Assembly: GCA_964035575.1 (NCBI GenBank)
Contig: OZ037834.1
Span: forward strand, 620,001-684,000
From: Rhynchopus sp. YZ270_cl-10
Taxonomy: Eukaryota
DNA length: 64,000 nt
Reading direction: 5' to 3'
The first letter of the stretch is position 1; each line of letters begins with the position of its first letter. The notes beneath the pieces are model-generated. The model ran no database searches and was not told the DNA's origin. It worked only from the letters and a program-made list of their open reading frames with translations. Below are positions 1 to 11,392 of this stretch, one piece after another. Made by a program: the position numbers and the translations under genes.

Positions 1-180
1 ATCAAACACACACACCCACAGGCGTATACACACAGAGAGGGAGACGTAAGCAACCAACAGCACCCTATCCACGACAGCTAAGACAGCAGCGCGCTTTCAG
101 GGGGATTCAAGTAGGTTAGCAGAGGGGGAGGGGTTGTGAACGTTTTGTTGGTACAAAAAAAGGGGGTTAAAAAAAAAAAA

Positions 181-3100
181 ATGGCGTCCGGGGCGAAAGA
201 AAAAGTAGCGGCAAGGAAAAGCAAGAAGCCAGTTTCGTTGCTTCCAGTGGTATGCTTTTAAACAACAAACCCCCCCCCTTTTTTTTTTTGCAATTACACA
301 CAAAGCCGGCTGCTGTGCGATAAATTTTTCCACTTTTTTTTCAGATGTAAACCATAAAATGGATTGTAAAATAGCATAGTTGGGGTCCGCCCCTATACAG
401 CTGGTCATTGTACCAAAAGGTACACTGTTCACGAGAGGGCTGTTTGTATTTCAAGTCAACTTTCTTTTTTCTTCTCCCATCGAGATGCAATAAACAGCAA
501 TTTTTGTTAACCCTCCCCGCAGGTTGAGAAGGAGAAGGAGTACTCAATAACCGACACGCTATCTTTGCAAGTTCTCATGCCTGGTGGTGTGCAGGCGAAG
601 GTAGGGCGTGGGGGGCTCATTATAGCGGGCGAAGGGGAGAACACAGACGGGACACGCTCAGCACCCCCACCCAAGCTTCCCACCAAGAAGAAAAGTGACC
701 GTGAAAAGACCGGTCCTGAAGCGCTTTTAGATCAACCCGCACAGCAACAGACCTATCGTTTTGAAGACCTCAAAATGGGTGAAGTTATTGGCGAAGGGTC
801 TCAAGCGAAAGGTACGCCCTTTTTTTTTTTGCAACACTCTGGGAGGGGGTAAGATAACCCCGTAGTTGTGCACTGCGCCCCAAAGAAATTTTTGGTGAGA
901 GGTCGATGTAAATACGACAACACAACTTATCTACAGAATGGTTTTTGATTTTCTGCACACTCCACAAAAAATTTGGTGCGATCAACGAAAAATTCTTTTT
1001 TCTGATTTCGTTTCTTTATTGTTCAGACCAAGGCGACCACTCGACCACGTGGTCGACCATTTTGGCGTGGTCGACCACGTGGTCGACCACGAAAAAAAAA
1101 AAAAAATTTTTTTTCTGAAAAAAAAAACACTTTTTTTTTTTTTTTTTTCAGGTTAAAAATCGGATTTTGTCTTTGCCAAAATTTTTTTTTGGGTCGACCT
1201 TGGGTGGTCGACACCCATATAGCCGTGGAACCCGTTGTAGGACCTCAAAACACCTCGTGGGTGCAGTTTCTGGCGGTTTTGGCCCAGTATGACCACCAAA
1301 ACACGTCGGTGGTCGACCTCATGGTCGACCCCATGGTCGACCATGGTCGAGGAGGTCATTTTCATGGTCGACCACGTGGTCGAGTGGTCGCCTTGTTCAG
1401 ACTAGCTGAAACTCAGATATCAGTTTTAATTTTTTTGACAAAAAAAAAAAAAAATAATCATCCACACTTCGCAGTGAGAAGAGTACGCCATGAGCCCACA
1501 CATAAGCTGTTCGCACTCAAGATTATTTCCTTCGGTTCAGGGATGACCCGCAAGGTGCTTCAAACAGAGCTGTCACGGTGTTCCAACATGGACAAACACC
1601 CGAACCTCGTTGCCTCTCTCGAGGCTTATTTTAAGGAGGGTATGTACTGTTCTGTCTTTCAATTAATGCTGTGCGATAACGAATGTGATAAAAATGAAAA
1701 GGTGACTAAGCACAGAGAGGCTTCGGGTCATCTTAACTTTTCTTTCTTTTTGTTGTACTTCTTTTTGAACTCATTTTTTTCTGCAAATCGTCCTTCTATT
1801 TACATGGATGTCCAAAGTACTTGAAGTATATCAAGTACTTGATCCCCCAAAAAATCCAATACTTGATACTTCAAGTACTTGACACCCTATTTTTTTTTCT
1901 AGTACTTTTTTACTTGTTCTCCCTCTGTCAAGTACTTTTTTCACAAAAAAAACGTCAAGTACTTGATCAAGTACAAAAAAAAGTGGGTACTTGATCAAGT
2001 ACTTGACGTTTTTTTGCGAAAACAAGTACTTGACAGACTCTGCCAGAGGGTAAAAAAGTAAAAAAGTACGAGAAAAAAAAAATAGGGTATCAAGTACTTG
2101 ATTTCTGTCAAGTACTTGATCAATCTTCAAGTACTTGACTGTCATTTTGAGAGGAAAAAAAAGGGGGGTCAAGTACTTCAAGTACCATAAAAAATCCGAA
2201 AAAAGTACTTCAAGTACTTTGGACATCCATGTATTTACTCCCTTTTAAGGATCCTGTGAAGGAAAAAAAAAAATCGTGGCTGCTATCTATTTATAGTATA
2301 TCAAACAAAATATGGTGTGGCTGAAAGGGGGTGCTATTATTGTGCTATTTTGTGCTACTTTCTGCTATTTTCTGCTATTTTGGGGTCGTCGGCCACACCA
2401 GCATAATATTCTTTTAGCAAAACCTTCTTTCACCCCTTTACAGGTTTCCTGATGGTGCTGATGGAGTTCATGGCATACGGTACCCTGCAGGGTGTGAGTA
2501 AGAAGGTGACAGACAAAGGCAAGCGCATACCAGAAGAGGTGCTCTCACGTATATCCGCGCAAATACTAGCAGGGCTCAACCATCTGCATACAGGAGGGGG
2601 TACGGGGAACGGTCTTATCCACCGTGACCTTAAACCATCGAACGTTCTTGTCAACAGTGAGGGGCAGGTATGGCGATTCGGAATGTTAAAAATGGGGCAA
2701 CAAAAAAAAACAAAACAAACCTGATAGGTGAAAATCTCGGACTTCGGCGTGGCGACGTTCCTCAGTGGGCACAACCAGATGGCGTTTACCTCGGTCGGAT
2801 CAACGGCTTACATGAGCGTATGTGCAGTTTTTTTCAATGATTCAATTATTCAAAAAAAAATAGTGGAGTTCATCCTCGGCTAATACAAAAACCAAATTTT
2901 CAAAAAAAAAAAAGTCGGCAATGGTATAGAGTACCGTATTAGTACAAAAAAGTATCGTACTAATGTTCGACCTTTTCAGGATTTTTTTTTTCTGGAAGTT
3001 CGACCTTTTTTTTTTTTTTTTTTTGGTCGATAATTTGTACGAATACGGTACATGAAAATACAACCAATATCTATTTCCCTACCTCAGCCTGAGCGTGTAC

Positions 3101-6100
3101 GTGGCGACGGGTACACAACGGCCTCCGACATCTGGGCGGTGGGTGTGTCCATTGCTGAGGTGGCTATCGGACACTTCCCTGTGGGTGCCGCAGACCAACG
3201 GGGCGGCAAGAACGACGAACTCTTCGGCCTCTGCGTTATCATTGCTGAGAACAGGTCCGCAGTCATCGTATGTCCCGTTTTTTTTTTGCTTACACGCAGT
3301 GTTATTAGAAACTGAACTTGATTAGCCAACGGTAAATTTGTCCTCACGCCTTTTCCTTTTGAATCATTCCCCTCCCCCAATCAATTATCATGTGCGCCAC
3401 CCAGGGTAAGAGCCTAAATGGCTTCCTAAAATGGCTGCGGTCAACGAAAAATATTTTTCGACTACAGCTTCCAAAGCTACACTATGGCACGAAGGGGGAG
3501 GACCCGTGTGCGAGGTGGCAGAGGATGCGGAGGTGGACGGATTGTTCGATCCGTTCCGTTCGTCGCGGGCAACGTTGGGCTCTCGCAGACGAACCCGCCA
3601 GTACAGGGTAGCCTAAGACCCTGTGTGTGGGTGCGACGCTGGCGACGAGCGCGAGCGCCCCCACTTCGCCCTGCTTTCCCGACGGTGATGGGGCCGCCGA
3701 AGTACGCGCCGCCTCCGCCGCCGCTTCCAAGACGCGAGCTGATGGACGACGGACCGGACATTGCTATCCTGTACGGAACTGAGGCAACTGTCGTGCTGGA
3801 CCGCCGGTTTGTGTCTGCGCCTGCGGAACGGGCTGAAGGGGAGTTGGCGAACATTTCGCGTGCGAGGCTGGATCTTGATGCGCTCATGGCCATGGATACG
3901 AAGGGATTGCTCACCGGTATCCTTGATGTCATCAGGTCTCGTGAAGCCTTCACGGCGAACCTTACCGATGAGGGTAGGAAAGTCCTGGATTCCTCTGTTC
4001 CTCTCAGGAGGGGAACCTCCAGGCACATGCTGCGCCACTGGGGAAACCTGCTGCAGTGGGGTGTGATGTCTCGGTCCAAGGTGCAGAAGGTGGTGCTTCC
4101 CGCCTTCACCGTCCCTAAGAAGGTGCATGGACTGAGGCTTGTGTGCGACGGCCGAAAGCTGAATCGCTTAATGCGTGCACCCCCGCCAATGCTGTTACCG
4201 TCTATACACCAGGTGGTACGGCGATTCATGGACAATGCGTACGTGGTGCAGGCAGACGGGCGGAGCTGGTTCTACCAGTTCCCGCTGGCGGATGGTGTGG
4301 ACGACTTCTTCGGAGTGAACCTGTCAGGTGCACGTGGCCCCTTCGTGAGGGCAAAGCTCAATGTGCTCTGTATGGGCTGGAGTTGGGCGCCGTGCATCGC
4401 ACACCGCTCGGCGATGGTGTTACTCCCGGAGGATGACGGACTCGCTTGGGTGGACAACTTCTTTGTCGTAGGCAAAACTCTCCCTGAGGCGGAGAAGCGT
4501 TACTCTTCGTTCCTCCGACGAGCAGAGCGAGTGGGCGCCGAACTGAATGACGATGAAGGAGAGGGTGTGCCCCGTGCAAACTTCTGTGCGTTGGGCCTGG
4601 AGTTCGATCTGGCGAGCTCCCCGAGACGGTACCGTGCTGCCCCTGATTGGATTGAGAAGTGTGTGGATTCTCCCGTACTGAATGAGGTGTTGAAAAACTC
4701 ATGTACTGCGAGGGACTTTTATAAAGTGTTGGGTGGGTTTGTGTGGTTTTTGTACTGCACTAAACGCAGACTTTGTTATTTCCGTGTTTCTCTTTCTTTT
4801 TTGCGGCGCACTGCGTCTGTTCTTGCAATTGACCCACAGAAGTGGGATGTTAAACTAGAAATCCCCCCATCTGTTATATCTGAATTCGCAGGCATCGTGT
4901 CTGTGATGAGGAGCAACGACTGGATTGAGGACCAGCCAGAGAGGCCCACCGTGGTAGCGTGGTCAGACGCTTCCGACCGCGAGTGGGCTGCTTTAATAGA
5001 GTCTGAGGTCTTTGAACCGGTCACTCAGGGTGTGTTTTCAAACCCTGAGCAACATCATATTTATCTAAAAGAGCTATACGCTGCTTGGCGTGCCGTTAGG
5101 CTGGCGGCCGCTGAGAACACAGACCATGAAGTGTCCCTTCAGGTCGATAACGCTGCTGCTGTGGCGGCGATAAACAAAGGACACAGTAAGAATTTTTTGG
5201 CTAATGAGCTGCTGTGTGCCATTTTTGACACTGCAAAGGCTGCCAACATGAGTGTGTCTGCCTCGTGGGTGGACACCTTAAGTCAGCGGGCTGATGAGTT
5301 TACTCGCGGAACAGTGGCCCCCTCGTTGGCATCACTTCCTCCAGTACTCACGGAGTACGAAAGAGTAGAAGCTATGTTTTGTTAACTGAAATTTTTATTA
5401 TGATGTGTGCTGACTATGCTTGGCACTTCATATGCGCTTACGGCGCCCCTTATCCACTCCTCGTGACGGCGAATGGGTAAACTTTATTTGTAATTTTCAT
5501 TTTTTGTCTTCTTTGTATTTTATTTTTATTTTTTATCATGTCTGTGCAGAGGCCGATCGCGTGTCCGTTATTGTCGTGTATTCAGTGATTTGGTTGCCTG
5601 TCTTATTGTATGTGCATATGCGCTTATTCGCAATGTCTGCATGGTTCTCTCCTGCAAAGTGTGGGTTATTCCAGTGGTCAAGGGCCACTGTGACATGGTC
5701 AAGGACCGTGTCTTTTGTACCAAGCTGGGTTGTTTTTCAAGTGTGCGCTGCTCGTAGATGGACATGGTGTACCTCGCGGTCGAGGATACTATACGGTACC
5801 GTAGTGCCCGCTGTCTTGGTGATGGCGCGTGCAAGAAATGTTTATCTTTATGATGTGTGCTGACTATGCTTGGCACTTCATATGCGCTCACGGCGTCCCC
5901 TTATCCAGTGTCCTGTCCTCGTGATAGCGAATGGATATAAACCTTTTATTTTATTTTATTTTTTTGTATGATGTGTGCTGACTATGTTTGGTACTTCATA
6001 TGCGCTCACAGCGCCCTTTATCCAGTGTCCACGTGATACCGAATGGATGCAAACTTTTTTATTTTTGTTATGATGTGTGCTGACTATGCTTGGTACTTCA

Positions 6101-7841
6101 TATGCGCTTACAGCGCCCTTATCCAGTGTCCACGTGATGCCGAATGGATACAACCCTTTTTATTTTTGTATGATGTGTGCTTGGCACTTCATATGCGCTT
6201 GCAGCGCCCCTTATCCAGTGTCCTGTCCTCGCGATAGCGAATGGATATAAACCTTTTTATTTTTTGGTGAGTGCTGACTTCTCAGTGCCCCATTCGCTTC
6301 GGCGTACCTGTCTCTACACTGCTCCCGAGGCGGCGGTAGAACAGTTTTGTTTTGATCAGTTGTTCGGTTTGTGCAGTTTTGATCAGTACTGGTTCTCCTC
6401 TCAATCGGTTTGGATGGACAGGGCCAGTGGGGTTTTTGTACCCATCTAGAGGGTTCTCGTGGCTGTGCGTTCCGCCCTCCCCCGCAGAAGCTGCGAGGTT
6501 GACGGCGGATGCCGTGTTTACAGGTTTCTCTCTTTTCCCACCTTCCCTCCCTTTTCTCCCCCTTAAACTCCATACTCTGCTACCTTTCCGCTACGCGGTC
6601 CCTTTGGGCTATGCTGCGGTCAACGAAAAAAGACTCAGTAGTAGATTAGTGAGGACAAATCAAGTGGCAAAATGTTAGTTTAGTTTTTGCTTACACGCAG
6701 TGTTATTAGAAACTGAACTTGATTAGCCAACGGTAAATTTGTCCTCACGCCTTTTCCTTTTGAATCATTCCCCTCCCCCAATCAATTATCATGTGCGCCA
6801 CCCAGGGTAAGAGCCTAAATGGCTTCCTAAAATGGCTGCGGTCAACGAAAAAAGACTCAGTAGTAGATTAGTGAGGACAAATCAAGTGGCAAAATGTTAG
6901 TTTAGTTTTTTTTGAAGTTAAGGCAGGCTCTCCGCTAGGATTTCCGATTTTGAAAATATTCTGTTGATGGTCCACGTTGGTGGGGTACATGCTTGCGCCG
7001 CAGGCGCACGGTACGCAACTTTTTTTTTTACCAACGCCCGATTTTGACTTTTTTGGGACGTTTGAGCACTCACCTCTCCATATCTTCTTCTCCTGAGCTT
7101 TTTTGACAGGTAGAACGGGTCTGAACCACTTAGCAGAACTTTTTTTTTTTTTCTTTTTTTCCCCATTTTCAAAAAGTTCTGTTGACAATCAACAGAACTT
7201 TAGTACCTAGCGGAGTGCCTGGTTAAGGTCAAGATGACTAAACACGAGAGAGAGGATAGAATAATCTTATAACCTTTTCATTTTTCCGCGGAGTGTCAGT
7301 GCCTGCGTCCCAGAGGCGTTTTGCACTATCAACTTCACTCTTATTTTAAACTTCGGGCGACATTGAGTACAGATCCTGGTGATTGTCGATACAACAAAAA
7401 AAAAATTAAGTTTATTTACAAAAACGTAAAAGTAATTTCTTTGGGTTGAGGATGATCTGCATCTATACCTTTGCAATTCATTTAGCCTTCGGGCGACTTT
7501 GTGTACAAGAACCCGTCCTCGGACAGGTGATTGTCGAAACTACAAAAAATCATTCACAGTGGCCGGAAGGTGTGTACTTCAGCCCTGAGTTCAAAGACTT
7601 TGTCGCACAATGCATGCAGCAGAAGCCTGAGGACAGGCCTACAGCTGACCAGCTCAGGTCTCATCCGTTCATCACTAAGTACGCAAACGCTGATGTCGAT
7701 ATGGCCGCGTTCTTTAAGTCTGTCATGGGCGAGTCTAAGAAAAGCAAAGACAAAGACAAAGAGAAGGAAAAGGAGCGCGAAAAGGAAAAGGAAAAGGAGA
7801 AGGAAAAACCAGCAGAACCAACCACCACACCTGCGGAGTAA
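181..7841 (+). CDS. MAP kinase kinase (STE7/MKK1-like). Seven exons: 181-249, 523-811, 1475-1639, 2444-2667, 2728-2817, 3088-3267, 7560-7841
   Basis: The exons join in frame at GT(A)..AG boundaries. They rebuild a kinase with IGEGSQAKV, FALK, HRDLKPSN, VKISDFG, GSTAYMS|PER, SDIWAVG and FSPEFKDFVAQC...RPTADQL. The N-terminal EYSITDTL resembles trypanosomatid MKK1 (from memory). Confidence 0.9.
1029..1395. mobile_element. MITE in MAP2K intron 2 with 32-bp TIRs and a 7-bp TSD
   Basis: TIR CAAGGCGACCACTCGACCACGTGGTCGACCAT and its reverse complement. Flanked by TTCAGAC at 1022-1028 and 1396-1402. About 9 internal GTCGAC sites. Confidence 0.85.
1803..2231. mobile_element. MITE in MAP2K intron 3 with 26-bp TIRs
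   Basis: CATGGATGTCCAAAGTACTTGAAGTA ... TACTTCAAGTACTTTGGACATCCATG, flanked by the direct repeat TATTTA. About 14 internal AGTACT sites. Confidence 0.85.
2312..2400. repeat. Short dispersed hairpin/MITE-like repeat; also at ~16833-16975 and ~54716-54790
   Basis: TGGTGTGGCTGA...(GCTATTTT)n...TCGGCCACACCA, with inverted ends, seen in three places. Confidence 0.6.
3484..5385 (+). CDS. Reverse transcriptase plus RNase H, YR-retrotransposon type
   Basis: RT motifs: FTVPKK..LRLVCDGRKLN, DGRSWFYQ, LCMGWSWAP, WVDN, LGLEFD. DIRS-type RNase H motifs: WSDAS, HIYLKEL, QVDN, RADEFTR. The true start may be a later ATG (3688 or 3742). Confidence 0.88.
   Translation: MARRGRTRVRGGRGCGGGRIVRSVPFVAGNVGLSQTNPPVQGSLRPCVWVRRWRRARAPPLRPAFPTVMGPPKYAPPPPPLPRRELMDDGPDIAILYGTEATVVLDRRFVSAPAERAEGELANISRARLDLDALMAMDTKGLLTGILDVIRSREAFTANLTDEGRKVLDSSVPLRRGTSRHMLRHWGNLLQWGVMSRSKVQKVVLPAFTVPKKVHGLRLVCDGRKLNRLMRAPPPMLLPSIHQVVRRFMDNAYVVQADGRSWFYQFPLADGVDDFFGVNLSGARGPFVRAKLNVLCMGWSWAPCIAHRSAMVLLPEDDGLAWVDNFFVVGKTLPEAEKRYSSFLRRAERVGAELNDDEGEGVPRANFCALGLEFDLASSPRRYRAAPDWIEKCVDSPVLNEVLKNSCTARDFYKVLGGFVWFLYCTKRRLCYFRVSLSFLRRTASVLAIDPQKWDVKLEIPPSVISEFAGIVSVMRSNDWIEDQPERPTVVAWSDASDREWAALIESEVFEPVTQGVFSNPEQHHIYLKELYAAWRAVRLAAAENTDHEVSLQVDNAAAVAAINKGHSKNFLANELLCAIFDTAKAANMSVSASWVDTLSQRADEFTRGTVAPSLASLPPVLTEYERVEAMFC
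5399..6260 (+). repeat. Five imperfect ~90-nt repeats with conserved hairpins in the 3' region of the RT element
   Basis: Units begin TATGATGTGTGC at about 5399, 5849, 5967, 6069 and 6169. Each has GCGCT..(A/G)GCGY and ATCCA...CGAATGG(A/G)T stems. Linkers are T-rich. Confidence 0.85.
6924..7221. mobile_element. MITE with CAGG termini and a 7-bp TSD
   Basis: CAGGCTCTCCGCTAGG ... CCTAGCGGAGTGCCTG, flanked by GTTAAGG on both sides. Confidence 0.75.
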
Positions 7842-7962
7842 AATAAAAATAAAATTACAATTTTCAGTACAATGAACCTGCGGATGATAAAATGAATGCA
7901 AGATCCTGAGGTAGGTGATTATTATTTTTTTTTGTCGAAACAAAACCAAGCAAACAAAAAAA

Positions 7963-8020
7963 AAATAGTGGAGTTCATCCTCGGGTGTCTACACTAACAA
8001 CCAAGTTTTCAAAAAAAGAG
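7963..8020 (+). repeat. A-tailed SINE/LINE-tail-like family; also at ~2860, 10021, 10261, 11258, 17775
   Basis: TAGTGGAGTTCATCCTCGGGTG.CTACACTAATACAACCAAGTTTTCAAAAA recurs, with variants. Confidence 0.6.
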
Positions 8021-9607
8021 AGAATAAGGAGAGACGCTACACTATACTATACTTCCTGATTTTTTTTTACAAAAAAAAAATTCAAAAAACAAAAAAACAA
8101 AAAGTGGAAATTTGCGCCATGTGGCAGCACAAACAGGCAAACTACACGCCAAATAAGTTTTCAAAAAAAAAAAATCTCAAAAAGTCAACAGAACTCAAAC
8201 CTAGAGAGGAACATTTTTTTTAAAAAATCCCCCCCACCGAGAGTGTGAGATTACAGCGGTTGTTTTTTTTTTTTTTTTTTTTTTTGTTTTGTTTTGTTTT
8301 GGGGGTTTTTTTTGAGAAAAAAATAGTGGAAATATTTGGCTTTGAATCTTGAGTGTCCCCTACCACCCTCCCCACTCACTATACATGACGACTTTTGTTC
8401 ATGACATAAGACAAACACTATATTGCAAGCACAAATAACAAAACACAAAAATCGTTTTAACGATAACTGCTTGTCAAAGTGTTCTTGTCTATTGTCATGG
8501 CAAAAAAAAAGTCGTCGTGAAATACTAAGCCGTGTCCTTCCTGCACACTTTTTTTTGGTCAACCACTCTGGCTTCATGTACCAAAATCGCAATCGTACTC
8601 AAAAACAAAACAATTTTTTTGAAGATTATGTGGCTGAAACGGGGGGAGGTGCACAAAGTACGCAAGAAGTGCGCAGAAGTGCGCAAGAAGTGCGCAATCC
8701 ACCACCCCCTTCAGCCGCCTTCATCCTCTCCAACTCCACGTCTACAAAACTATCAAGCAAAATTAAACAGAGCACAAAGCACTTTCAAAACATACAAAAA
8801 ACATTTTCAAACCCCCTTTCAGCCGCCCCAGATAATCTGCATAATATTAATATATTATTATTATCTCCCTTTTTTTTGAAGTTCATTCATTCGCTCTTTG
8901 GGCTCTGTACAAAGAACCTCTGTCTTAGGACAGAGTGATTTGTCTGTACGTTGATTACAAATAAAACAAAACAAAATTTTTTTAAAAAAATGAAATATGG
9001 AATTACCCTAACTACCTGGATAGGTTCTTAGGCGAATTGTCGGAAAAAAAGCAAAAAATAAAGGGGGGTTTTCCACAGTGGGGGAGTTCGTTGTGATACG
9101 GTAAATTTGGAATTATTATTATTTTTGTTGGGGGTGAGGGAAAAAGGGGGAGAGAAGCGAGAGGGGGGGAATAGTGCACAAATACTTCCCCCCCCTACTC
9201 CCCTTTAGAACGAAAACTGCATAAAATATAACAGCAAAAAAAGCAAAACAAAAGGCAAAGGTTTTTATTGAACGAAATGGAAAAAAAGGGTTTGGGGTGG
9301 CGAAGTGAGCAAGTTTTTTTACTTTTTTCATTTTTTTAAATTCATCCCCCCTCAGTTTTCAAAAAAACCCCCCCCCAACTTGGGGAGACTTTTGCACAAC
9401 AATAACAGAAGGGTTTTTGCAGCACACCCCGAGATTCGATAACCTCCGCGGAGTGTCAGTATCATGAGGTTTCCAAAAGGTGCACTTGTCACAAGCGGAC
9501 TTTTTTTGTACTTCGAGTCAACTTCAAGTCAAATTTTTTTTTTGTCCTCAACTTAAAACCGTTGAGCTGTTTTTTTACACGCTTGAGGAAGGGGGGAGGG
9601 TTAGCTC

Positions 9608-9790
9608 TAGTGGTCTGTGATCATTGCACTGCATCATTGCACTGTGATCATTGTGATAACTGATCACACACATCATTGTGATAACTGATCGCACACATCA
9701 TAATAGAATCATACACACCACAATACAGCTGTACTGTGATGTGTATTATTCTATTATGATGTGCAGTTATCACAATACAGACCACCACTA
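9608..9790. mobile_element. hAT-like MITE
   Basis: TAGTGGTCTGT ... ACAGACCACCACTA, with 8-bp flanks GTTAGCTC and GTTATCTC (one mismatch). Internal TGTGAT/ATCACA repeats. Confidence 0.65.
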
Positions 9791-10781
9791 GTTATCTCTC
9801 ATTCATGTCATGTGATGCATGATAGGCTCTTTGTCAAATTCTCTCCCCAATCTCCCTTTTTTTCTTTTTATTTTGCGTTTCTCACCGCTTCTTTTTAAAG
9901 GTGATGCCAAGCACAGAGAGGCTTAGGTTCATCTTATAAACTTTTCTTTTTCAAAAAAAGTTGGAAAATTGACTTTTTCCGTCCTTTGCCCAAACCCCAC
10001 CTCCCCCCCCCTTGAACAATAATAGTGGAGATCATCCTCGGGGTGACTGCAGTAATACAAACCAAGTTTGTACTCAGGTAGCTACGTAGCCTTCAGGGAG
10101 GCAATCGTGTGCTAATACAGAAAGTATCAGTCAAGGCTGTCCTTACAGACGCACAAACCAAGTTTTCAAAAAAAAAAAAAATGCGTACAGAGGCTTCGGC
10201 CAATTGAGTACAGACCCTAGGTTCCCTAAGTGGGTTCTTAGGCGATTATCAACAACAAAAAGTAGTGGAGCAACACTCTAGGGTGGCTGCACTCAATACA
10301 ACCAAGTTTTCAAAGTAAGGAAGAAGAGTTATTATTCGTTTTTTTGTACTCCTCTCTCCCCACACGACAGCCACCTTTTTTCAGTTTCCACTATAAAGGA
10401 CGGGAAGTGGATATTAAAAAGCAGTTTTTTTTTTCTCTCTTTTTTTCTTTTTTGTTGGGACCAGTGTCTTATCCAGGAACCCCGATTTCAAGATTGGGCC
10501 CTAAAAAAGACATTTGGTTGGGGCTCTTTTGTACTTTAGTTTCTCTTATTACTGGAAGGGGTGGACTGCATCACACGATTCATTTGCTGTTCGTAGTGAG
10601 CCGTGTGTATGCCGAATAAAGTGCTCTCTGGCTTTGTCATTACTGAGCCAGCCCTAACCATTTTCCCACGTCCTTTTTTTTTTTTCACACTGTGGGGAAA
10701 AGCCATCCCAGCTCCTTGCACCCTCAAGGGAGGCTTTCTCAGAATGTTAGGAGGAAGTGTCACAAAAAAGGGTCCCCTCCC

Positions 10782-10891
10782 CCCGGCACAGTAGAGAATA
10801 AGACTCGGAGGGGACCCGGTTATTCTCAGCCGGACTGGGACCCGAGACCAGGACCGGGACCAGGGACCCGGCTTATTCTCTGCTGTACCGG
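10782..10891. repeat. Imperfect inverted repeat (MITE-like)
   Basis: CCGGCACAGTAGAGAATAAGACTCGG ... CCGGCTTATTCTCTGCTGTACCGG, around short GGGACC repeats. Confidence 0.5.
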
Positions 10892-11302
10892 GCCCCCCGG
10901 ATGCAATTTAATGTCCAACCCAGGACTACTTCTTAAGACGCGACCAAGCACAGAGAGGTGGAGCTTTCGTTTTCCATTTTTTTTTTCAGTGCCTGCGTCC
11001 GCCGATGAACTGGTGAGGGCGTTTGCACTTTTTTTCAACTTCTCTTTTTTTGGACTGTTATTTACTTTTACAAAGGCTTTCTTACTGTACACTTTCATGG
11101 GGGGGTTTTTTTGGGGCAGTTGTATTGTGATGTGTATTATGTATTATGATGGGGCAGTTATCACAATACAGTCAACACTACTCTGGGTGGGGGGGTTGGG
11201 AGCGTTACCTCAATTCTGTTCTCTCTGAATGGAAAAGTATACGAAAAAAAAAAAAAATTAGTGGAGTTCATCCTCGGGTGTCTACACTAATACAACCAAG
11301 TT

Positions 11303-11360
11303 CAGGGGCTCCGCTACCGTATAAAGTTCTGTTGCGGCGCAACAGAAGTCTGAAAATTTT

Positions 11361-11392
<32 letters not shown>

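Larger units (their letters stand above)
3284..6910 (+). mobile_element. DIRS/Ngaro/TATE-like retroelement with split direct repeats (A1-ORF-B1-A2-B2) inside MAP2K intron 6
   Basis: A1 (~3284-3451) matches A2 (~6684-6852), and B1 (6613-6688) matches B2 (6835-6910). It encloses an RT/RNase H ORF, and both ends lie in T-tracts. Confidence 0.85.

Noticed and set aside
3290..3445. IS200/IS605 or Fanzor-like ends (TTAC...TCAA next to hairpins)
   Set aside because: There is no TnpA, TnpB or Fanzor ORF in the window. The repeats are better explained as retroelement termini and LINE tails.
5399..6260. CRISPR array or HDV-like ribozymes next to an RT
   Set aside because: There are no unique, uniform spacers and no cas genes. 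TCC(A/T)CG and CGAATGG resemble HDV L3 and J4/2, but there is no room for the P1 3' strand or P4, so the HDV fold cannot form as such.
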